From the NCBI GenBank assembly GCA_009602725.1, contig WELB01000030.1, positions 688,447 through 752,446 on the forward strand: a stretch of DNA of 64,000 bases, written 5' to 3'. The DNA is from Spirogloea muscicola (lineage: Eukaryota). Every line of letters begins with the position of its first letter. Position 1 is the first letter of the stretch. This document shows positions 1 through 13,443 of the stretch, one piece after another. The position numbers and the translations under genes are program-made. Below the pieces are notes generated by a model. The model ran no database searches. It was not told where the DNA came from and worked only from the letters and a program-made list of their open reading frames with translations.

Positions 1-24
1 GGCCGGGAGCAGCGAGGCGGAGAC

Positions 25-148
25 CTTGTAGATGACGCCGACGATGGTGGTGCCGGTCTTGCGCGCCGTCGGCGGCGCCACGCCCGCGGCGAGCAGCGCG
101 GCGTTGCGCCGGCACAGCTCGAAGCTGAAGCCGCCGCCGCCGCCGCCG
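25..148 (-). CDS. PBB: 20S proteasome subunit beta-2 (beta type-7), partial first exon; 5' end lost in N gap, gene continues left of the window
   Basis: Reverse strand reads [38 protein letters not shown], then a GT donor at 24-23. The propeptide plus TTIVG N-terminal nucleophile motif is typical of plant PBB1/2. Confidence 0.9.
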
Positions 149-1316
149 NNNNNNNNNNNNNNNNNNNNNNNNNNNNNNNNNNNNNNNNNNNNNNNNNNNN
201 NNNNNNNNNNNNNNNNNNNNNNNNNNNNNNNNNNNNNNNNNNNNNNNNNNNNNNNNNNNNNNNNNNNNNNNNNNNNNNNNNNNNNNNNNNNNNNNNNNNN
301 NNNNNNNNNNNNNNNNNNNNNNNNNNNNNNNNNNNNNNNNNNNNNNNNNNNNNNNNNNNNNNNNNNNNNNNNNNNNNNNNNNNNNNNNNNNNNNNNNNNN
401 NNNNNNNNNNNNNNNNNNNNNNNNNNNNNNNNNNNNNNNNNNNNNNNNNNNNNNNNNNNNNNNNNNNNNNNNNNNNNNNNNNNNNNNNNNNNNNNNNNNN
501 NNNNNNNNNNNNNNNNNNNNNNNNNNNNNNNNNNNNNNNNNNNNNNNNNNNNNNNNNNNNNNNNNNNNNNNNNNNNNNNNNNNNNNNNNNNNNNNNNNNN
601 NNNNNNNNNNNNNNNNNNNNNNNNNNNNNNNNNNNNNNNNNNNNNNNNNNNNNNNNNNNNNNNNNNNNNNNNNNNNNNNNNNNNNNNNNNNNNNNNNNNN
701 NNNNNNNNNNNNNNNNNNNNNNNNNNNNNNNNNNNNNNNNNNNNNNNNNNNNNNNNNNNNNNNNNNNNNNNNNNNNNNNNNNNNNNNNNNNNNNNNNNNN
801 NNNNNNNNNNNNNNNNNNNNNNNNNNNNNNNNNNNNNNNNNNNNNNNNNNNNNNNNNNNNNNNNNNNNNNNNNNNNNNNNNNNNNNNNNNNNNNNNNNNN
901 NNNNNNNNNNNNNNNNNNNNNNNNNNNNNNNNNNNNNNNNNNNNNNNNNNNNNNNNNNNNNNNNNNNNNNNNNNNNNNNNNNNNNNNNNNNNNNNNNNNN
1001 NNNNNNNNNNNNNNNNNNNNNNNNNNNNNNNNNNNNNNNNNNNNNNNNNNNNNNNNNNNNNNNNNNNNNNNNNNNNNNNNNNNNNNNNNNNNNNNNNNNN
1101 CCGGAAACACATCTGCACGACGTGTGTAGCCTAGATTGGCAATGTTTTGGAGGAGGGTGTGGAAACGAGGACCCAGACAACCAAAGACGTCGATTGCCGC
1201 TGGCAGGAGCTGATCGCATTGAGGGTAGTCGGAGTCATGCTGCAGCTTTCTTTGTTCTGCAACGCCCACTGCGTGACCAGCGATGTGTGTGGATGCTGGT
1301 CCCTTGTACGCCTCCG

Positions 1317-1350
1317 TAAACCCTAAAACCCGAAACCCTAAACCCTAAAA
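1317..1350. repeat. Short interstitial plant telomere-like (CCCTAAA)n tract / telo-boxes
   Basis: taaaccctaaaacccgaaaccctaaaccctaaaa: several imperfect AAACCCT units. Confidence 0.6.
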
Positions 1351-2825
1351 GAATGAAGCAAGCTTCGAAGGGGGTGAGGGCTGTGAATGACAGCCATAAA
1401 TCGAGTAATGAGGTGCCTCCAACATAATCAAGTGTGTGCAGCGGGTGCAAGTTGCAGCCCAAGGACGAAAAGTGCCTCCCATGACATTACATTGATAACG
1501 CAAGGCAAGCCAAGAAGAGCCAAGAAGAGGGCGACAACTGCTGATCAGAGAATGAGCGAGCTAGAGGAGAAAACGCCCCACTCAGCGGCACAGCAAATTG
1601 AGGAGTTGGTATATTCGTCAAACAACTTGACTAGAAGTAGCTTATTTTTGTAAGAAAGCCGCGCCCGCCATGGCCTTGGCGACGGCGGCGGCTGCGACGG
1701 CGGCGGCTGCGACGGCGGCGGCGGCTGGGGAGCGACCGGACTAGGAGGGCCCGAAGTTGTTGAGAAGAGCCGAGGGCAGCCTGCCCTCCAGTGTCTTATG
1801 ACCCCGGCCCGACCCGCAGGAAATCGCGGGGAGGCTGAGCTGGTCGGCCAGCCCGGCAGATAAGCCGCTGACCTGTCAACCAGCGAGTGAAGGCCCATGC
1901 CATCCACCCACTCCTAGGTCAAAAGCCCTAGACCTCGTCTACCGCTGTCTGTGATGAGCGTTCCAAGGCGCTCCAGCGCAGCTCCACACAAAACAGCTAG
2001 ACCTAGACCATATGCAGCTAGCAGTCAAGAGTTTACAAAGTACACTCTTTCCAACAATTTTGACCGTGATTTTAGCACAGATGGTAAGATTGGCCAGCCT
2101 GCGAGAATGACCAAGACTAGCCTGGCTCGAGCCTGCCACACAGCGTACCTGCTCAGAAACCTTCTCTCAGTTGACACAAGCAAAGCTTGCCAGAGGTCAG
2201 GTCTAGACAAGCTTGAGGAGGTGCTCATACAGACGCAGCGACAACAACTACTGTATGCAAGAGCGTCTCAAGGCAGGCCCACAAGAGGCCCTGCAGCCCT
2301 ACAACCCAACCAGCAAGCATACCACACGAATCTCTGCAGCCTATCAGCATCGTCAGCCTTCCTGCTTGCAATTTCATGATTATTCTTGCTTCTCAGCTGA
2401 AATAGGTGTGCCTTAGGCACTAGTGCAACCTGTGATGTGAATGGCAAGCCACTGAAGGCGCCACTTGAGAGTCCCTAATACAGGGAAGTGCTTGCAAGGT
2501 CTGTCACAAGCACGTAAGAAGCTCACACACTGCCACAGGAAATAGAGCCCAAGCTAGAACAGGATAACAGGAAAGCTTCAGACGCAAGAGTACTGTGGAC
2601 AGCTCGTCACTGATGTAAAAGTCATGATGACTACATGCTGTCCTCTCAGGGATCCAAGCCCACCGGGAGCTACTCAACAGCAAAAACACCTTGGTCACAA
2701 TTGGTCACAAGGTGCATCAGTTGATAAGAGATTAGCAACATTGTGCAAACTAACTACCAATACTACCCCTAGAGGGTCTGCATATGCTCGCAAGCAATAA
2801 TATGCACACGAGAGCCTCATTGCCC

Positions 2826-4050
2826 CTAGGTGTAGAGTGTGAGCGGGCTGCCGGCTCTGACAAGCACAAAGACGCTGCCACCGTCGCCGCGGGCAATGCG
2901 CAGGTCTTTGTCCAAGTACGTGGTTAGAAGCCAGGACTGTGCACTGGCGTTGCCAATGGGCACGCGCAGCGGTGGAAGGCCTGACAACGCCCTTACCAAC
3001 TGCTCAGCTACTGCCTGCAAAGGCCTCAGGAGGCTCTGGAACGGCCGCAGATCGACACTCTGCCCGAGCACGACAGTACTGGACGGCAGCTCCGAGGAGT
3101 CCGCCACCAGCTGTGGCGTCCCGAGCACGCCCTCCTCAAACTTGATCTGCGTGGAGCCACAGGAACTGGTTAGACCATGCGCTCCTCTCGACTGACAAGA
3201 AAAGTGGCGACTCAACAATCCACTCTAGCAGCTAGCATGACCAGCACAATCAGCAACGCTCAGGGTGCTATCGTCGCCACACCTGCACCCGCTTCGGGCT
3301 GCGGAGCTCGAAGCTTGCGCGGGCGCTGAAGGAGGTTGTGGACACCGGGCCGGAGAACTGGACCGCGTTCACGACCGTCTGGGCATAGGCGTCGATGGTC
3401 TGGCTGATCTCACCGACCGTCACAAATGGCAGGTTGCCTGTGGCAAGCAGCGGGAAGAGCTCCGAGAACGACGTGTACCTGCACGGCCACATCGTAGTGT
3501 AATTCTGTTAGACGGTGGCGGCCACTCTGGCGGCGAGCTGAAACCAGACGAGGAGGCGCCATGATCTTACGCGAGAAGCCACTTGCCGCCGAGGAGGGCG
3601 AGGTCCTCGGTGGGCGCCGGCGTGGGGTTGGCGGCCTCCAGCGCGGCGATGAGCTCCGCCACCTCGCCGCGCGTCTCGCTGCTGGCCTTGAGCCCGCGCT
3701 CCGTGCCGTAGAGCGAGTCGATCAGCGCCTGCTTGAGCTCCTCCGGCGCCTCCCGGCCGCCGCCATGGCCGCCGTCGCCGCCGTGCTTGCCACTGCCGGC
3801 AGCACTCTCGGGGGCGTAGTAGCCGCCGGACGCCGCCACGGTCGGGTACGCGTTCGTGGACGTGTTGATGGCGGCGTCGTCCGGGGCATTCATCACCTCG
3901 CCGATGTCCTCGTCAGTCGCGACGGCGGACGGGTTGGCAGTGGCCAGGCTGCTGAGGTCGGCCAGCACCGCGTCGGTCGGGCCGGCGGCGCCGCGGAGGC
4001 CGTCTTCGGCGCCGTACTCGCCGGGCGGAGGCGGCGGCGGCGGCGGCGGC
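2826..4050 (-). CDS. Plastid-lipid-associated protein / fibrillin (PAP_fibrillin), at least 3 exons, 5' end in gap
   Basis: Exons encode [53 protein letters not shown] / [23 protein letters not shown] / [34 protein letters not shown] junctions. Confidence 0.92.
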
Positions 4051-4643
4051 NNNNNNNNNNNNNNNNNNNNNNNNNNNNNNNNNNNNNNNNNNNNNNNNNN
4101 NNNNNNNNNNNNNNNNNNNNNNNNNNNNNNNNNNNNNNNNNNNNNNNNNNNNNNNNNNNNNNNNNNNNNNNNNNNNNNNNNNNNNNNNNNNNNNNNNNNN
4201 NNNNNNNNNNNNNNNNNNNNNNNNNNNNNNNNNNNNNNNNNNNNNNNNNNNNNNNNNNNNNNNNNNNNNNNNNNNNNNNNNNNNNNNNNNNNNNNNNNNN
4301 NNNNNNNNNNNNNNNNNNNNNNNNNNNNNNNNNNNNNNNNNNNNNNNNNNNNNNNNNNNNNNNNNNNNNNNNNNNNNNNNNNNNNNNNNNNNNNNNNNNN
4401 NNNNNNNNNNNNNNNNNNNNNNNNNNNNNNNNNNNNNNNNNNNNNNNNNNNNNNNNNNNNNNNNNNNNNNNNNNNNNNNNNNNNNNNNNNNNNNNNNNNN
4501 NNNNNNNNNNNNNNNNNNNNNNNNNNNNNNNNNNNNNNNNNNNNNNNNNNNNNNNNNNNNNNNNNNNNNNNNNNNNNNNNNNNNNNNNNNNNNNNNNNNN
4601 NNNNNNNNNNNNNNNNCCCCGCCCGGGCGGCCTCCGGAGGGCC

Positions 4644-5623
4644 ATGGCGCCCGCTCTCGCCGGCGCTCGGGGCTTTGCCGCGGCAGCCGCGGATGGTCGA
4701 CGGCCGTGCTGCGCCCCGGCGTTGCTCCAGCGCAGCCGTTGCGGGACGAGCTGGGGCAGCTCGTCCGCGCGCAATGCGGCGCTCCTGCGGGGCGCCCGCC
4801 GCCGCGCTCGATCAAGCACGCGGCGAGTCCCGCAGGCGGCGCCGCCGGTGGCAGCGGCGGTGGCCACCCTGCAGCGCCGCACGCGGCTCGTGGACGTCAT
4901 CCGCTCCATACCGGCGCGCACGGAGCGCTACTTCCGAAGCCCGTGGCGGCGGGCCATCTACGGAGGTGAGCACGCGTGCCAATAAGCTAACCTTCACAGC
5001 TACCGCTTAACCCCAAACCCTGACACCTTGAGCAGCCACTAGCCGACCTCAAGTCCAAGTCAGGTCAAGGCGATAATGGATATCAATTTGACAGCATATT
5101 CAGTGCAAGCCCCAAGAGAGGCTGAGGCCTTCTTAACCGTAACCCTAACCCCTGTCGATTACCCGAGGTCCAAGCCCCTCAGCTGCCATGCATGCTCCCT
5201 CTTAGGCAGGACAAATCTGAATTGCGTGCCAGATGGCTGGCCTCAGCAGCTCCATACCCCTTCCGCTTCCTGCCCACGCCGAGCTACCAGGACGCTATGG
5301 CGCCGCTGCTCCACCTCTGTGTCGCGCACAACATGCTCAGGCACCTTCACATTGTGCTGCTGGCCCACTTACCACCTATTTGGGCTCCAGGCATCTCGCT
5401 CCTGGGAGGCTTCTACGTCGCGCAGACCATCTCGTTGTCTTTCGGCGCTCTTGGCGTTAACGACGTCATTGCAGCAGCCATCTGTGTCCTCTTCACCGAG
5501 TTTGTGACCAAGTACGTCCACAGCCTGCCGACGTCACCAACATTGGGCATCGCACTGCTCAATGCTTTCAAGCTCGGTTTCACCTATGGCTTGTTCATTG
5601 ACGCCTTCAAGCTTGCCAGCTGA
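4644..5623 (+). CDS. Ycf20-like chloroplast protein (DUF565, NPQ7-like), 2 exons (about 4644-4966 and 5391-5623)
   Basis: Transit-peptide-like N-terminus, RRTRLVDVIR..YFRSPWRRA, then GISLLGGFYVAQTISLSFGALGVNDVIAA..LNAFKLGFTYGLFIDAFKLAS*. Confidence 0.85.
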
Positions 5624-6063
5624 GAGGTCACTCTTGATTGGTGCCCTTTGGACCCTGTCCCTTCTGTTTTGGACTGGCTATCCACAGTCCCTGCCTTATA
5701 GTGGAAGAGCTCTCGTTCTTATAAGCTGTTGGTTACGTGACTACGATGTACTCTGCTATACTGGCCACCCAAGTCTTCTGTGAGGAACCGTTTTGCTCAT
5801 CTCGTCTCCTGATCCTTAACGAGACAAAATCGCAATATCTTGGTACTAGGTGATACTTATTCATGCAGAAGCGCACGGCAGCTTGACTTTACAAGTAGAA
5901 TTGCGTGGAAATGGAGTGACCGTCGCACACAGCACGGGCATTGAGAAGCTGGGTGTGAGCTGCTCACTCTCTGGTCGAGGGCTGTACAGTGGGAAAAGAA
6001 TGGGTGAGGGTGCGGCCGTCAGCCAGCCGCTGCTGCCCTATGATGCCTCTAACGCTGGTGTCA

Positions 6064-8517
6064 TCAGTCTCGGAGAGAGTACTTCTTGCCGGAGAAAGCC
6101 GCAAATCCAGGCTCCTCGGGCTTCACATCCTCCTTGCGCTTGCCTTCCTTCTGCTGTGACTCCTCCACCTTCTCCTTGCCCTGGGTAACCTCAGAGAATT
6201 GAGGTTCAGCATTCCGGCGCCCTCGACATGCAAGAAGCCCTGATTATCTAGCATGCAACACAATTACTGATGGTCCTTGATAACGAAGGCATAACCCCAC
6301 ACCCAAGATCCGGCCAAGAAATGAGCACTGTCGACAAATGTCGTGTGCAGGCAACCACTGATGAAGGCTCACCTTCTCACTGGTCCTGGCGCTACTGCTC
6401 CCGAAGACAAGCTTGCCAGAGGGTCTCGCTGGTCTTGTGCCGTTGGCCACAGGAGGGTGAGCTGCGGCCCCTTCGTTCCTGTCGGCAGTGCTGGGACTGG
6501 CACCAGCAGCAGCAGCACCTGGTCCGAACCTGCCAGGCAAGGCAGCCTCGACAGACTTCCCTGGCTTGCCGTCCAGCCTTTGCCCTGTCCCCGTGAAAGC
6601 TGCGAACCTCAACTCTTCAGCCGTCTCAATTGCACCAGCTGCACACAGATTCCACAAACTCAGTGTCACCACCTTCAACTCACACTTGGCTTGTACCCAA
6701 GGGTGTTCCAGTGAGTGGTTAATGAATCGCCCTTAAAGTTTGACTGTGCTTCTTGAGCAGCTAGCCATAATCACGAGATTGCACAGGAGTTGTCTGATTA
6801 AGCTCAACATATCAGATCTTGATATGATAGCAATTTTGGCTGCAAAGATGGTGATAGACCTTGAGATGATTGCACATCGGAGGCCACAGAGGTGGTGGGC
6901 CCACTGGACGCGCCTCCAGCGGCTGCCGGCGTCCTGAGGACGGGCGGCGGCTCCACATAGTCGAGGGGCGGCGCAAAGTCCACCTCACAATCCGTCTCAA
7001 TAATCGAGATGGCGGGCGGGGGCTTCGTCTCCACAATGTCAATGTAGTACTTTTTGTTGTTGTATGCCACCATAATGTTGTCGCCCGTTGTCAGGCACGA
7101 GAAGTTGCGAAGTGTTGTCTCCAGGCTGTAGTCACGGGGGGCCAGCCGCCACATGGATGCCGTCAGCCCCACACGGAGTCCGCATAGCTCAGTTTGCATA
7201 GAGATTTATCGCTAGCAGAACAAAAGGTCAGCGGTTTGCCGCATCGCCTCCACCTGCATGCAAGGCCGTGTCGTAGTGAAGGCCACTCACACAGCTTTGG
7301 GGTTGGAGATGTCCAGAAAGTCCTTGGTGTGTGGCTGCAGCTTGACATAAGTGCCCTTGGGCAGTGTCGCGCTCTTGAGCCGCACCAGATCGCCCTCTTG
7401 AAGCAACAAATTTTGCATCATCTGCAAAAGGGTGGAGGCGCCGGCGCCTCCTCCAATTTAAGCCAGAAAGTCGGGTCGCAAGTTCGTGTCGCCAACAACA
7501 ACTCGCGGCACATACCGTGGCGACCATTGTGCTCAAAGTCTGTCAAACGCAAATACTATCAAACACTTCACATGGTGGTTACAATGTGCGTGTCCAGGAA
7601 AGAGCCGCAGACAAGGATGGCCATTAGCATACCCAATACGGCATGTAGATCATGCCTTCATCAGCAACAAACTCGAGCACGCCGCAGTGGGACGCGCGGG
7701 AAACCGACGGGTTGTGGATCTCAAAGAGCATGGGGTAGTCAATTCGCAGCGAGGCTGCAGCAGAGCAAATTAGATCTGAAAATTGACAGAAGAAGCAGAC
7801 GTCCAGCCAAAGCAGGGCAAAAGGCATTGTAGGGCAATGAAGGTGGTGGGGCAAATTGCGAGCGATTGGAGCTTGCGCATGAGTAAAGATCCAGCAATCC
7901 AGGCTCACCGAGCCGGTCCAAGGCGGATGGGGGCATGATGACTGCATAAGACGCCGAGCAGGAGTGAATTGAACTTCAGTAAGACTGCCTGACAAGACGC
8001 CCCTTGGGCTCTCAACTGCGTCCTGATGCAGCAGCCAGGTGCATAGACAAGCGAAGAAGAGGAAGGCTTCTGTGAAGGGAGGCCATCAGCGGCTCACCTT
8101 TGTCGCCATTCTCCAGGTGAGGCTAACGGAGGAGCAGCACAGAGGAGGCAGCGGAAAGGCAAGAAGCAGAGAGGTCAGCGTTGCCGCGAATTGGGGCCGC
8201 AGCTAAGCTGTCACGCCGGGCACGGACCAGGAGGAGCAGGGGCCTAGCAGCGGGCGACGTGATCGTCGACGATGCTATTCCCATACATGCTCTGCGGCCT
8301 TGCATGCATGCAATACTGCTGGCCGCCAAGGCTTTGCTGGGCAGCCTTGGCACTGGGTGCCCAGAAGGTCGACGCCCGGGCTCCCACACCAAAGAGCCGC
8401 GTTGGCGGCGGCGGAGGACGGCGGCCAACCTTGTCGATGAAGGACACGGGGTAGCAGTGGTAGCTCTGTTCAAACGGGCCGGCCGGGGGGTAGGGTCCGC
8501 CGTAGCCCCCGTAGAAC
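6064..8517 (-). CDS. UFD1: Ubiquitin fusion degradation protein 1, multi-exon; start exon not found (single n near 8644)
   Basis: [15 protein letters not shown] / PHLENGDK (25-nt exon 8098-8122) / [10 protein letters not shown] / [26 protein letters not shown] / [31 protein letters not shown] / [11 protein letters not shown] / [13 protein letters not shown]. Confidence 0.93.
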
Positions 8518-9130
8518 TGCCGCCGCGAGCGCCGCCGCCGCCGCCGCAGCCGGCCACAGGACGCGCGCCGCGAGGGCCTCCGTCAGCGGCGGCTGGCCGA
8601 ACGCGCCGGAGGAGCGGCGACTGGCGGCCGGAGCCGCCGAAGNGCGGCGGCGGCGGCGGCGGCGACGGCGGCGCGGCGGTGGAGGCGGCGAAGGCGCTGT
8701 AACTGCTTCCGACTCGTTCGGAACCCTGGCGATTTGAAGACGTGGGGTTTTAGAGTCCCAGTGGGGATTAGGCTGATTGACTCGCGAAATGACAGTCAGC
8801 AGGTCGCCTGTTCGAACCACGAGCTCGGCAGTCCCTATCCCCTCGCCTCCCTAGCCGGCGCTCCTGCAGGAGCCGCCATGCTCGAGGCCTCACGCCCAGT
8901 CGCCCAGATGGGCGCTCCGTGTCGTGCTCCCCTGTGCTACATGTAGTCACGGCGCGCGGGCAACGAGAGGCGCGGCGCGCCTTCAAGGATAGCGCGACGG
9001 CCTGCGCGGCGGCACGCCTGCCGCTGTGGGTGCTAGCTCCTCCGTCGTCTGGCAGCAGTGGCGGAGGCTGAGCTCAAGCGGGTCGACAGTGTGGAGGATG
9101 CCAATCTAGGAGGCGAGAGCCCAACGAACA

Positions 9131-10764
9131 ATGCCATCTGGAGGCGCCATGGACGGTGCCGCTCGCAAGGAGGCGGCGAGCGCCGCCGCCGCCGTCTGTA
9201 GCCTCTGCCGTGGCGCGGCTGCCAAGTACCGATGCCCCCGTTGCGACGCCCGAACGTGCAGCGCGCGCTGCGTGGCCGCCCACAAGGCCGCGCCGCCGGG
9301 CTGCTCCGGCCGCCGCGACCGCACCGCCTTCGTGCCCCTGCAGGCCTTTACGGACGCTACGATCGTGTCAGGTCCGCTGCTCTGCACCCTTGGCACTGCT
9401 GAAGGCGTTGCCGAAGAGCAAGCATGGCTACCGTCGCTGGAGCAGCGAGCACGAGCCCAAGCTCAAGGTGGTGACATGTGTCATGCATGCAGACTACAAG
9501 CTCTTGGAGGAGGCGCTGCGGCAGCGGGGCAAGGCCAAGCGGCTGCGCGAGCAGCTGGAGGGCTCAGCACGGCAAGTGTCGCAGAGGGGCGGCGCTGCGG
9601 CGTCACTCTGCCGGCAGGCGCGCAATCGCGGGACTACTCTCGTCCTCCTCGCGCCTGCAATGTCCCGCAGCAAGGCCAACACCAGCTTCTACGATAGGAG
9701 GTATCTGAGGCAGCTGCCAGCAGCTACCATCGAACAAGCCTGCTGAATCGCATGGCTGCTCCTCGTCTGCAGCGAACTCCACAGCTCAGGAGTGCTGGAG
9801 GACGTAGACAGACTTGGTCATGCTTGTGACCGGGTCACAAGTCATGCGGAGAAGATGCACTTGCTCTTGTAAGATGCTGACCAACATTTGGCACGACACT
9901 GGCCTTGTAGGAGGAGGTGCATTTTCTGGAGGGTGGACTGGGTGAGTGAGGCCGCTGCAGTGACGCTGTCGAGCCCAAAGTACAAGCCTTGGCTCTTGAG
10001 CTCCTTCGTCCACTATTGATGTCTACTGTGGTGCAGCACTCTTTTACCCTGCCAGATATCGGCAAGGTCACAGAGCACCTTCGGCTCTAGATGGCGTTGG
10101 GCGCCTCACGCACTCTTTGATACTGTGACAGGGTGGATGAGAACCTAGCAATTGCTGAGGCGTTTGCAAGGGCGTTGGCAGCTCACTCTGGCCAGGCGCC
10201 AGCTCAGAGTACGGCAGCAGACTGCGATGCACACACAAGCCAGCTGCAGTTCCTTGTGCTCAAGGAGCCGTCGCCCGTAAGTCCCCACTGCTGTGGTTGC
10301 TATATACTGCTGAAGGACAACATGTACTTTGGATATTCATGCTTGAGCCAGGGGCGCATTAGTTGATTGCAGTTTCTTTTTATTGCTTACTATATTTATG
10401 ACTGACACCACATGAGTAGCGCCTCACTTTGATGCTCTTCCTTTGGTTGCAGGCGAACGAGCCAACTTACTACCAGCTCCGTGCCAATGAGCCACTCAGG
10501 CTGCAGCTAGCCAACAAGACAGTGATTGAGTACCCTGTTTTCTTTGTTGTCACACCTGCCACTGTGTCACAATATCCTCTGGCAAACGATGCAGGAACTG
10601 TCCACCCCACAGAGCACCCGAGAGATGCCGCACCCACCAATCAGATACAAGAAGAGCTGGAGCTTGGGAAGCATCCCAGAGTTGAGAATTTTGAGGAGAC
10701 GAACAGTGATGAACCAACATATCGGGGCTCTGCTGTTGCATTGCAGAATCCAGAACCTGGATGA
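9131..10764 (+). CDS. zf-HIT box C/D snoRNP assembly protein (BCD1/ZNHIT6-like), multi-exon
   Basis: CSLC..AKYRCPRCDARTCSARCVAAHK..CSG zf-HIT, DYKLLEE, AMSRSKANTSFYD, LANKTVIEYPVFFV. Confidence 0.85.
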
Positions 10765-11085
10765 AGTTACTCGGTCAGTCCTGTTATTGTGTTTTCCCCT
10801 CGCAATCCCTCTTGTCGGCGTTTGGTGGCAGGCTGTGCTTGTGTGTAATATCTTTCCTCCAAAAGTTGCTCACATTGTGAGGCTCAGAGACCCATTCCAG
10901 TGCCTTGCATGCATGCTCTGAATGCAAATGCAGAAGCTGATTGGACCGACCTTTTCCTTCAATACTGAATACTGCGGTGCACTAGAGATGGGAGTAATGT
11001 GCAGCTCTAATTGAATCTTGAAAGTCAAAAACGAATAGGCAATACATGTTTTTGGGTATGCTCAGCCTTCCAGCTTAGTAGGCTG

Positions 11086-12390
11086 TCACTTGAGCAGGGA
11101 CCTTGCCAGGTGCTCCTTTGCCGTTGCAAGGGCCTGTGAGATCGTCTGCAAGAAGACACAGAGTGCTGACATGTCACTATGTGCATCTTAAGTCTCATCG
11201 ACAGTGTTGCAACAGCTAAGTAGAAATCCAGCTTGCTACACATTGGACAGCCGTGGACCTGTTCAGAGAGGGGAAGGTCGGTGTCTGCTCCCCGCATGGC
11301 CACTCGTCCAGCAATAACGTTGGGGTCGTTTTCGAGTATGATACTGCTTGCCAGAAGAGCCATGACAAGAATTAGCCACAATGTGACATCAGAGCATGGC
11401 AATGAAGAGCGCCCCTGGAGTCTCTGGAAGGGCTTGCAGGTGTCCAGCATAAGCTGGCATCTGAAAGTACTCTACACAGAGCCAGTCTTGAAGTGAGGGT
11501 CTTGTGAAAGGGTAATGCATACCCGCCATCAACAATTTCGTCCAAGCACAGAAGGACTAGATCCAGATTCTCCAGGACCGTCTTCTTCTCCATAGCCCCC
11601 CTGCGCAGGCCAGCCAGACAGTAGGACATCTGAGGAGCAGAGCCACGTAGGAGCACACCACCATGCGAATGACCTTGTACTCACCAGTCAGGACGACAAG
11701 ATTACCCATACTAAATAAGCTGAAGACTGGAAGAAGCTTCAAGAGTTCCAGGTGCTGCCTGAGTAGCTTTGACATGGCCGTGACTCGAACCACCGGAGGA
11801 CTGACGCAGCAGACCTGAGGAGAATGGAGACGGCCTCGAAGAAGGCCTGGAGCACGGTGGCGAGTATAAGCTCGTTCTCCTCGTCGCCGCCGGTCACGTA
11901 GAAGTGCAGGTCGGCCGCAAATTTGTAGACGACGACAAAGCCGTCGATCATGCCAATCTCCGCTGCGCACCTTGCAGGGCAAGCCTTCAGGGCCAGGCCC
12001 GGTGGTGAGGGGCGGGCAGCAGCTAGGTGGGCACCCGAGGTGGCCATCAAGGCCAGGAAGGTGCACACCTTCGGTGCGCGCATTGATGCGCTGCGTCTTG
12101 TTGAAGACGGACTTCTCGAAGCCCAGCTTGGCGGCGAGCGTCGGCCAGTCGTCCGAGTAGTACTTGACCGCCACGCGCTTGCCGTCGGCGTCCAGCAGCA
12201 ATATATTCTTGATCTCGGGCGACGAGGACTGCGCGCACGCAGCGCATTGCGTGCGTGGCCGCGAGAGAGCGCCGTCAGAGGAGCTTCAGCAGCAGGTCAC
12301 TGCAGCCATGAGCTCAGCGCCAACCACCGAGTGCCCCAGCTTGATTGCTGCGCCGCGGAGCTCCGCGCGACGTTTCAAGCACACCTCCAT
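11086..12390 (-). CDS. Coatomer subunit zeta (zeta-COP), multi-exon
   Basis: ME / [33 protein letters not shown] / [21 protein letters not shown] / [23 protein letters not shown] / [14 protein letters not shown] / ..HLARSLLK*. Confidence 0.95.
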
Positions 12391-13107
12391 GGTGCGGCGG
12401 CGACGACGGCTGCCGCGGCGAGGGGATCAGCCGGCGGCCGATCAGGCAGTGGCCATGCACCAGCGGTGTTGAGCAGCCGCTGGACGTACTCCGCCTGCCG
12501 CCGCCGGCGGCCGCTCCGGCGGCGATGAGGCGTAGCAAACGAGAGGCGGCGATCGCTAAGGCAACAGCGCGAGCAGCGACGGCGGCGGGGCGCGCGGCGC
12601 CAGCGCAAGTGGCGGCGCGGAATGCGGCGTGGATGGCGGAGAGGCAGGCCAGGGGCGGGGACTGACCTACGCCCGCAGGTGGCGGGCGGTGTGAACGGGT
12701 CCCACTGCTGACGCGCCGTTAAGCTGAGTGAGCGCCGTCCCGTTAGGGACTGAGCCGCCGTGTGCTGCCAGCAGCACATGGGAAACCAACCCCCGCCTGC
12801 GCCCCTCCTCCGCGACGCCCGCCGCGGAACGCGGCGCAGACAGCGGCGCTCGACGCGGCGCAGAGCCCGCTCGACGCTCGGCTGACCCGCGCCGTCGAGC
12901 CTATCGGCTCTGCGGCCGAGCCTGCCGTTGTCGAGAGCCGCGCCTCCTGCGGCGAGGGCGGGCGAGCGCTCGGAGCGGCCGCCGGGAGGGGTGAGCTGCG
13001 CAGCGGCTGGCCGGTTAGGCCCCGGAGAAGGGGGCCGCGGCNNNNNNNNNNNNNNNNNNNNNNNNNNNNNNNNNNNNNNNNNNNNNNNNNNNNNNNNNNN
13101 NNNNNNG

Positions 13108-13145
<38 letters not shown>

Positions 13146-13399
13146 NGCGCACCTACTCTGAGCCGCCCTCCGAGCTCCCCCCTCCCCTCCCTCTCTCCTG
13201 CGCGGTGGGGCAGCCGGCTGCTCCTCCCAAGCGAGAGCTGCAGTAAGCAGACGCTCTGTAGACGGGGAGAGGCCGGCGCTTCCCGGGCGCAGGGTGGCGA
13301 CTTACCTGGGGGCACCACTAGTGAAGCCAGGTGGGCCCTTCAAGTTCCTCCTCCTTCCCCCCCGCTCCCACTCCCCGCGTTCCGCGGCGGCTCCCACGG

Positions 13400-13430
<31 letters not shown>

Positions 13431-13443
13431 GTCGGTGGCGGCC

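Noticed and set aside
1951..2416. 142-aa and overlapping ORFs between PBB and fibrillin, and many other ORF-track entries in GC-rich or N-spanning regions
   Set aside because: No recognisable motifs; explained as UTR, antisense or gap-spanning frames
13107..13146. Poly-A tract suggesting a retrocopy tail or poly-Lys/Phe ORF
   Set aside because: Bounded by N on both sides; likely a gap-filling artefact
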